Shown here piece after piece: positions 58,302 through 64,000 of a DNA stretch of 64,000 nt. The notes under the pieces were generated by a model, which made no database searches, was not told the DNA's origin, and saw only the letters and a list, made by a program, of their open reading frames with translations. Position 1 is the stretch's first letter. Every line of letters starts with the position of its first letter. Source of the DNA: Candidatus Woesearchaeota archaeon (lineage in GTDB: Archaea > Nanobdellota > Nanobdellia > Woesearchaeales > UBA11576); NCBI GenBank assembly GCA_018668595.1, contig JABJCP010000035.1, forward strand, positions 216,978 through 280,977, read 5' to 3'. Position numbers and translations under genes: made by a program.

Positions 58302-59951
58302 ATGGAAAAAAAGAAAATCGGGATTATTGCTTCACGACTAATGTTTGCAGATTCTGTGTGTGTGAATTCTCAGAAATGGATAGATAAATTTCTAGAAATG
58401 GGATTTGATGTTCATCTTCTTTATGGTAAAATTGGTGTTAAGTCTAATTTGCCTAAATTCGAACTGGCTGAGATGGATTACAAACATAGCGAGATAAGAG
58501 CAATCAAAAGAATGGCATTTGATTCTAATCTTGATAAGGCAGGTATAAAAGCATTTGATATATTGCTTAATAATTTAATTTCAAGAATAAAAAAACCTCT
58601 TAGAAAATATATAGAGGATAACAAAATTGATTACTTGTGTGTTGAAGATATTTTAGGCGGTGGAAAAAATCTACCTTTGATTTTGACATTAAACAAAATT
58701 ATTTCAGATTTAAAGATTCCTACTATTGGTAAACATTACAAATTATTTTGGGATATTAATTATTTTACTAAAAATCTAAATATTCCTAAAATATTAAATC
58801 AACTTCCTTCTAATTCAAAGAAAATTACTCACATCACTAGCAATAGTATTGCACAAAAATCATTGGTTGAAAAAAGAAATATTTCTAGTATGATGATTCC
58901 TCATTTGATAAACTTAAAGGCAATGCAGGAATTAGATGAATTTAATAAAGAGTTTAGAAAAGAGTTTGGAATCAACAACGATCAGATTTTAATTCTCCAA
59001 CCAACTAAAATAAGTCGTACAAAAGGTGTTGAAAAGTCAATAAAACTTCTTCAAGAAATAAATAAAGCAACTAAGAAAGATAATGTTCTAATGATAACAG
59101 GACATCCTGTTTATCATAGGGGAAATTATTTTGAAGAAATTGTTAAGCGGATTAATAAAGCAGATGTTAATGTTATTTTTGCTAATGAAAAAATTAGTTT
59201 AAAGCGTCAGCAAAATGGAGATGAAAAGATTTTTTCTATTTGGGATGCTTATATTCATGCAGATATTATTTCATTTCCAACAACAGGCGTAGGTTTTGGA
59301 AATCCAGTTATTGAATCAATGACTTACAAAAAACCATTGATTGTAACTAAGTTTGAAAATTTACAGTCATTTATTGATAAGGGTGCGCAGTTTGTTGTGG
59401 TTGATCAATCAATCAATCAAGATTCTGTTAGTGATATCTGTGAATTAATTTTTGACAAAAAAAAGCGAAAGCAAGTAGTCGAAAATAATTTTAAAATAAT
59501 TAAAGATTCTTATGATGTTGATATTCTCGACGAAAAAATCACATCAATAATAAAATCCTATGAAACCGAATCATTGTTTAGGTGGATGACTAGACAAGCA
59601 AGAAGGGTTGGGCGATATGTTCCACATCCTGAAAAGTTAATTCCTGAGTTTATCAAAGGAAGACCTAGGTATAGAGCAAAACAAAATAATAGAAACAATA
59701 ATGCAAATCATAAGCAAGATTCAACAAAGTTATTGGCAAATCCTAAAGGGACTGCTCAACAAAATAAAAAACCAAAAGGAGTTTCTGAGCATGATATATT
59801 GGGTGAATATGATAAATTAACAGAGGCAGAATTTAGTGGTAAAAAAGATAGTTCAAAAGATTTTTCAGATAAAAAACAAGATCGTAGAAATAATATTTCT
59901 AAAAAACCAGTTTATAAAAAAAAACTTGGTAAAAAAACAGGCCCTCAATAA
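58302..59951 (+). CDS. GT-B glycosyltransferase family 4 with a basic disordered tail
   Basis: LQPTKISRTKGVEKSI and DAYIHADIISFPTTGVGFGNPVIESM. The first Glu of the E-x7-E motif is absent. Confidence 0.82.
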   Translation: MEKKKIGIIASRLMFADSVCVNSQKWIDKFLEMGFDVHLLYGKIGVKSNLPKFELAEMDYKHSEIRAIKRMAFDSNLDKAGIKAFDILLNNLISRIKKPLRKYIEDNKIDYLCVEDILGGGKNLPLILTLNKIISDLKIPTIGKHYKLFWDINYFTKNLNIPKILNQLPSNSKKITHITSNSIAQKSLVEKRNISSMMIPHLINLKAMQELDEFNKEFRKEFGINNDQILILQPTKISRTKGVEKSIKLLQEINKATKKDNVLMITGHPVYHRGNYFEEIVKRINKADVNVIFANEKISLKRQQNGDEKIFSIWDAYIHADIISFPTTGVGFGNPVIESMTYKKPLIVTKFENLQSFIDKGAQFVVVDQSINQDSVSDICELIFDKKKRKQVVENNFKIIKDSYDVDILDEKITSIIKSYETESLFRWMTRQARRVGRYVPHPEKLIPEFIKGRPRYRAKQNNRNNNANHKQDSTKLLANPKGTAQQNKKPKGVSEHDILGEYDKLTEAEFSGKKDSSKDFSDKKQDRRNNISKKPVYKKKLGKKTGPQ

Positions 59952-59959
59952 CTGATAAA

Positions 59960-60907
59960 ATGAGATTTTTAAAAAAGAAAAAAGTTCTTGATGAACAAAG
60001 TATTGAAGAAAAACAAGAAGTAGTTAATGATTCTGGTAATGTGTATTTAGTTCCTAAAGGATGTCCTATTTGTAGGAAAGATCTAAAAGGAAATGATCAG
60101 GTTAAGTATTTCTGTGAAAAATGTAATGTTTTATTTGATAGAAAAGATATTCGTTCTTATGAAGATCGCATAAAAGATGTAGAAGAAGAGAAAAAGTCAA
60201 AGCAAGAAAAAGAAGATAGAGAATTAAATGAAGCTAAAGAAGAATCATTGGAGCAAATAAGAAATGCAGTAGAAGAAAAAATAACAAAGTCAGAACAAGA
60301 CGATGTTTCAAAAGAAGAAACTTCTACAGAAAAACAAAAAGCAGAATCTGTGGACGAGAAAGAACAACAACTAGAAAAACCAAAAGAACAACAACTAGAA
60401 AAATCAAAAGAAAAACCAAAAGAACAAGAAATGCAAAAACCTATTGTCCAATCAGAAAAATCAAATGTTCAACCAAAAAAACCTATTGTTCAATCAGAAA
60501 AGTCTGTTGATACTGAAGATGAATTAATGCAAGCTTTGGGTATGAGTGATTCAAAAAAAAATGTAGAACAAGATGTAAAAAAAGATCCAGAACCTGCACC
60601 TCGACAATCACAATCTGAAGAAAAACAAGTTGAAGAAAAAACAGTAGAAGAAAAGCAAGTAGAAAAACCAACACAAAAAACAAAAACTAAATCAAAAGGA
60701 GAATTCACTCTCGAAACTCAAGAAAAAGTTATTGCAAGTAGTGAATCTAAAAAAATTCATGCAGGTAATTGTCATTTCGTAAGTATGATTCAACCAAATA
60801 ATCGTATTTATTTTGATTCAATTGAAGAAGGCGAAAAAAAAGGTTATGAACTATGTGTTTGTCTTAGAAGATTAAAAGCAATAATGCGTGCCAAAGCAAA
60901 AGAGTAA
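59960..60907 (+). CDS. Zn-ribbon / long charged linker / Ada-type metal-binding domain protein
   Basis: CPIC...CEKC, E/K/Q repeats, ASSESKKIHAGNC...RIYFDSIEEGEKKGYELCVC. Confidence 0.75.
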   Translation: MRFLKKKKVLDEQSIEEKQEVVNDSGNVYLVPKGCPICRKDLKGNDQVKYFCEKCNVLFDRKDIRSYEDRIKDVEEEKKSKQEKEDRELNEAKEESLEQIRNAVEEKITKSEQDDVSKEETSTEKQKAESVDEKEQQLEKPKEQQLEKSKEKPKEQEMQKPIVQSEKSNVQPKKPIVQSEKSVDTEDELMQALGMSDSKKNVEQDVKKDPEPAPRQSQSEEKQVEEKTVEEKQVEKPTQKTKTKSKGEFTLETQEKVIASSESKKIHAGNCHFVSMIQPNNRIYFDSIEEGEKKGYELCVCLRRLKAIMRAKAKE

Positions 60908-60940
60908 AAAGCATTAACAATTAATTCTAATCAATAAAAA

Positions 60941-61120
60941 GTGGCACTACCTTGGCATGGATGTTTGAACATCAGGTGTTCAATTTGTTCGAGCGTAGCT
61001 CGATTATGTCTACAATGAGCAAAGCGAATTGTTGATTTAAATCAGAAAACGACCTGATTTATGCAAGGTTGTTTTCGTTGTTTAAAATTCATAGAATTTT
61101 ATAAACTGCCGTAGTGCTAC
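60941..61120 (+). ncRNA. Dispersed ~180-nt structured element, copy 3
   Basis: Terminal stem gtggcactac/gtagtgctac. Hairpin gaaaacgacct-GATTTATGCA-aggttgttttc. Confidence 0.8.
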
Positions 61121-61271
61121 AAAATTAAAAAACTAGAACTAAAAAACAATAACTCGATTCTTCATTTTGAAATTCATTGAACTCACAAAACTCGTTTAAA
61201 ATTCAAATAAAAAAAAGAAGTTATTAAAAAAATAATAAAAAATAAATTAATAAAAAATTTAAAATAATTAT

Positions 61272-61652
61272 TTACAAGTTATACATTTCTCTGTATGTTT
61301 GAGCTTCGAATTCCATGTGGTAATTATTGTATTTAGCCCATAGATCTTTTTTATTTTTTTCATTAACTCTGATCACTTTTGCATCTCCGCCAACCATTAC
61401 AACATTGCCGCTATTATCAATAAAGCTCCATCCATCAGAGTTTCCTTCACTGTCACAAAATACATCTTCCATTTTCCAGACATCCATAATTCTTCCGCCG
61501 CTTTGGCTGATTACTATGTAGTCTCCTTCATAAGATCCAAATACTCCGCCATCTTTTTCAACGCTTTTACTCCATTTAGCACAACCTGCACTAGACATTG
61601 CTATTGCTGCTAGTCCTGTTAGAGCTAATCCTGCCATTAATTTTTTATTCAT
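61272..61652 (-). CDS. Lipoprotein-like hypothetical protein
   Basis: Signal peptide ending SAGC. SD GAGGT. Confidence 0.7.
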   Translation of the reverse strand: MNKKLMAGLALTGLAAIAMSSAGCAKWSKSVEKDGGVFGSYEGDYIVISQSGGRIMDVWKMEDVFCDSEGNSDGWSFIDNSGNVVMVGGDAKVIRVNEKNKKDLWAKYNNYHMEFEAQTYREMYNL

Positions 61653-61701
61653 TTTATTTTACCTCTCTAAGTTTAGTTAATATTTAATCATTTTACAATT
61701 T

Positions 61702-62079
61702 TTATTCTAAATCATAACAATCTGCACTTACAATATTTTTATATGACGAAAAAAATGGAATTCTAAAGCCATATGTTTTTATGTCGCAAACTTGTCCTTC
61801 TTTTTCTGCTGAGCTTAGTTTTGCTTGTAGGTCTGATGAACTATACTTTAATTCAAGAAGTGAATCTGTATTTTCAAAACTTCTTTCAACACCTGATTCA
61901 ATATCTGATGTGAAGACTACATATTTTTCTTCATCGCCATCTTTTACTCTTTCTGTTCCTACAATTTTTACTTTGTAATCAGATCTTACAAAGTGGTGTC
62001 TTCCGATTAATCCTAGTCCAACAACTGCTACTCCTGCAACAATTGCTGTTGTTTTTAATGTTTTTTTTACATCTACCAT
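61702..62079 (-). CDS. DUF1523-like membrane-anchored protein
   Basis: N-terminal TM, FENTDSLLELKYSSSDLQA, YGFRIPFFSSYKNI. Confidence 0.7.
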   Translation of the reverse strand: MVDVKKTLKTTAIVAGVAVVGLGLIGRHHFVRSDYKVKIVGTERVKDGDEEKYVVFTSDIESGVERSFENTDSLLELKYSSSDLQAKLSSAEKEGQVCDIKTYGFRIPFFSSYKNIVSADCYDLE

Positions 62080-62273
62080 TTTATTTCTACCTCTATAATT
62101 TACTCTAGTGAGTATTATAATAATTTACAATATTAGAACCTCTCTTTTTATTACTGTCAAAAGACAACAATTAATCCTTAGAAACTCGCGTCTCTTTATA
62201 AATCTTTCGATTTTTAGGGGCATTTTAGCACATATTAAGTATAAAATAGAAAAAAAATGCACAGAATTGATTT

Positions 62274-62312
62274 ATCACTAAATAGTGCTCTTAATTTAGA
62301 AAATTTTATAAA
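62274..62312 (+). promoter_or_regulatory. Palindromic site plus BRE/TATA promoter
   Basis: ATCACT-aaat-AGTGCT-cttaatttagaaaat-TTTATAAA. Confidence 0.6.
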
Positions 62313-62372
62313 TTCAGCACCCATATTTCATAATATTATTTGTTTTTTACAGAATTTAGGGGGTTTTACAAA

Positions 62373-62942
62373 GTGGGGGCAAAGCTCATAAAATTAGCTG
62401 AAATTAAGTTTCAAGATACAGACTGTGATATTCCTGAATCTAGAATAGTCTATAATGATCTTGTTCAGACATTAAAATACAATTCTTCTAAATATCTTAG
62501 ACCTGAAGTTGATTTAGAAAATAACTTGGTAAAAAATTCAATAATGGCTTTGGCTGCAAGAGATGCAGGACTTGAAAAGATTATTGTTGAAACACAAAAT
62601 TCTGAAGATCACTTGCAAATAAGATCAACATCAAAAAAATTGTTTGTTAATTATGTTTTCTTTGAATCTAATATTATTGATTCTTCTAATTTATCAAGAG
62701 CATTTAGCAATTATTTAGAAGAATGTAAAAAAGTTTTTTCAGATCATGTTGTAAATTTTGGAAAAATAAATTCTGTCAAGTTTAATATTCTCGATAAAAA
62801 TGTTTTAGAATTTTCTATTTCTGGTTTAACTGAAAGTCCCGATAACAAGCATGAATTATATGCTGTTACTAAAAAGCTTTATTCAGAATTTGAAAAAAGT
62901 TATGGGAAAATAAGGTCTGTTAATGGGATAAAATTAGAATAA
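62373..62942 (+). CDS. Hypothetical protein
   Basis: Probable GTG start after AGGGGG. Confidence 0.55.
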   Translation: MGAKLIKLAEIKFQDTDCDIPESRIVYNDLVQTLKYNSSKYLRPEVDLENNLVKNSIMALAARDAGLEKIIVETQNSEDHLQIRSTSKKLFVNYVFFESNIIDSSNLSRAFSNYLEECKKVFSDHVVNFGKINSVKFNILDKNVLEFSISGLTESPDNKHELYAVTKKLYSEFEKSYGKIRSVNGIKLE

Positions 62943-62946
62943 TAAT

Positions 62947-64000
62947 TTATAATTTTTCTATCAAACCTAGTCTTACGTATGTGTTAAATAAGGGAAATCT
63001 GGATAGTGGAATAAAATATGCATTTTCATAAGCTTCTATTGATTCATTATCTCCGTCTCTGCCTGACTTATCGTCCTGTAAAAAAAGTGATTTAAATAAT
63101 TTATCAGGCATCTTGAATGAAACAACGTTTAATGAATTGTGGATGTTGTAATCAATACTCTGATCTAGTTTTATTTTAAACGCATATTCTTTTTTAGTGC
63201 ATACAAAAAAACCGCCAGGATATTTTGATTCAAGAAGAGGAAATGACATGCGTCTATTTTCAGTTGCGTGATATAGAACAATAATTGGCCCATCTGCAAG
63301 TTTTTTAACTGCTGAAGTGTATTCGATGATGTTTTGTAAGTCAGAAAATAGTTCAACTTCTGAAAAATATTTTAGTACTTGTGATCTAAGATCTGAGATA
63401 TCTCGATTAATATGTCTGTTAATTAGAATCATGGATTCTTCTCTAATAAAATGTTTTAGTTTTTGTATGTCGACTAAAAATTCATCCCATTCTTTGAAAA
63501 TTTGTTCTTTATTTTCAAGAACATTCGAATATAATTCCACAGATTTGTAATTTCGTCTATTGCACGAATAATCTGTATCCCATAATTCTTTATTGCCTAC
63601 AAAGCGTTTAAATTTGGAGAGTATTTTGTTGACTAGATCTAGTTGTCTGGAGAGGTATTTTTCAATACTTTCAAATTTCGATTTAAATTCTTCAATATCT
63701 GAAATAGAATTTTTTATTTTTTTATCTGTTATAATTAGATTTACTAATCTATAGTGGATGAAATATAATTCTTCTTGTTCCTCTTCTTCATCTCGATATT
63801 CTTGTTCAATTAATTTTTTTATTCGTTTAAGCCTTTTTTTAACTAAGTGAAAATATTTTTTGTATAATCTTATTGAATTAGTATGGCCATAGCCTTTTCT
63901 GAGTAAACGAGCATCATCTTTTTCAAAAAAATGTTTGTTATAGAAGTCGCCTATTTTAAGTGAAAGGTCTTGAAATGTTTCTATTTTTTCAATGTGTCTG
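62947..64000 (-). CDS. Hypothetical protein, 5'-truncated by the window, with possible ADP-ribosyltransferase (ART)-like C-terminal domain
   Basis: Frame is open to the window edge. VLYHATE...GGFFVCT..EYA near the C-terminus. Confidence 0.65.
   Translation of the reverse strand, partial: RHIEKIETFQDLSLKIGDFYNKHFFEKDDARLLRKGYGHTNSIRLYKKYFHLVKKRLKRIKKLIEQEYRDEEEEQEELYFIHYRLVNLIITDKKIKNSISDIEEFKSKFESIEKYLSRQLDLVNKILSKFKRFVGNKELWDTDYSCNRRNYKSVELYSNVLENKEQIFKEWDEFLVDIQKLKHFIREESMILINRHINRDISDLRSQVLKYFSEVELFSDLQNIIEYTSAVKKLADGPIIVLYHATENRRMSFPLLESKYPGGFFVCTKKEYAFKIKLDQSIDYNIHNSLNVVSFKMPDKLFKSLFLQDDKSGRDGDNESIEAYENAYFIPLSRFPLFNTYVRLGLIEKL

Noticed and set aside
61272-62079. Prophage
   Set aside because: Similar small membrane proteins occur in phages, but there are no structural, terminase or intact integrase genes nearby.
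204-63550. Numerous 60-180 aa ORFs overlapping larger genes (e.g. 7541-8086, 10381-10812, 24203-24637, 25768-26205)
   Set aside because: Antisense or off-frame shadows of well-supported genes, with no motifs or start signals.

Overview
Very AT-rich archaeal chromosomal segment. It carries the ribosomal protein eL15 gene, BRE/TATA promoters and GAGGTGA-type Shine-Dalgarno (SD) sites. The many ORFans and Cys/Asp-rich surface proteins suggest a DPANN lineage such as Woesearchaeota (inference). Recognisable genes: uvrA (partial)-uvrC-uvrB, mscS, an AOR-family oxidoreductase, UPF0182, HAD hydrolase, C45 peptidase, three large secreted proteins, two CrtO-like paralogs, several toxin-antitoxin (TA) modules, AAA+ ATPase, GNAT, patatin, a double Lrp regulator, metallophosphoesterase, a GT4 glycosyltransferase and rpl15e. 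The most notable signals are unannotated. (1) Three dispersed ~180-nt elements (2718, 38937, 60941) keep one multi-hairpin fold through compensatory changes. (2) A palindrome, ACYACT-N4-AGTRGT, sits 13-15 bp upstream of the TATA box at eight promoter regions, a candidate activator regulon of mostly ORFans. (3) A coupled five-gene array has the layout B-B-A-A-AB fusion. Also present are an amber-interrupted PIN toxin, a tyrosine-recombinase relic before an AbiE pair, and an identical 3' tract shared by two diverged paralogs. All calls come from manual reading; no database searches were run.
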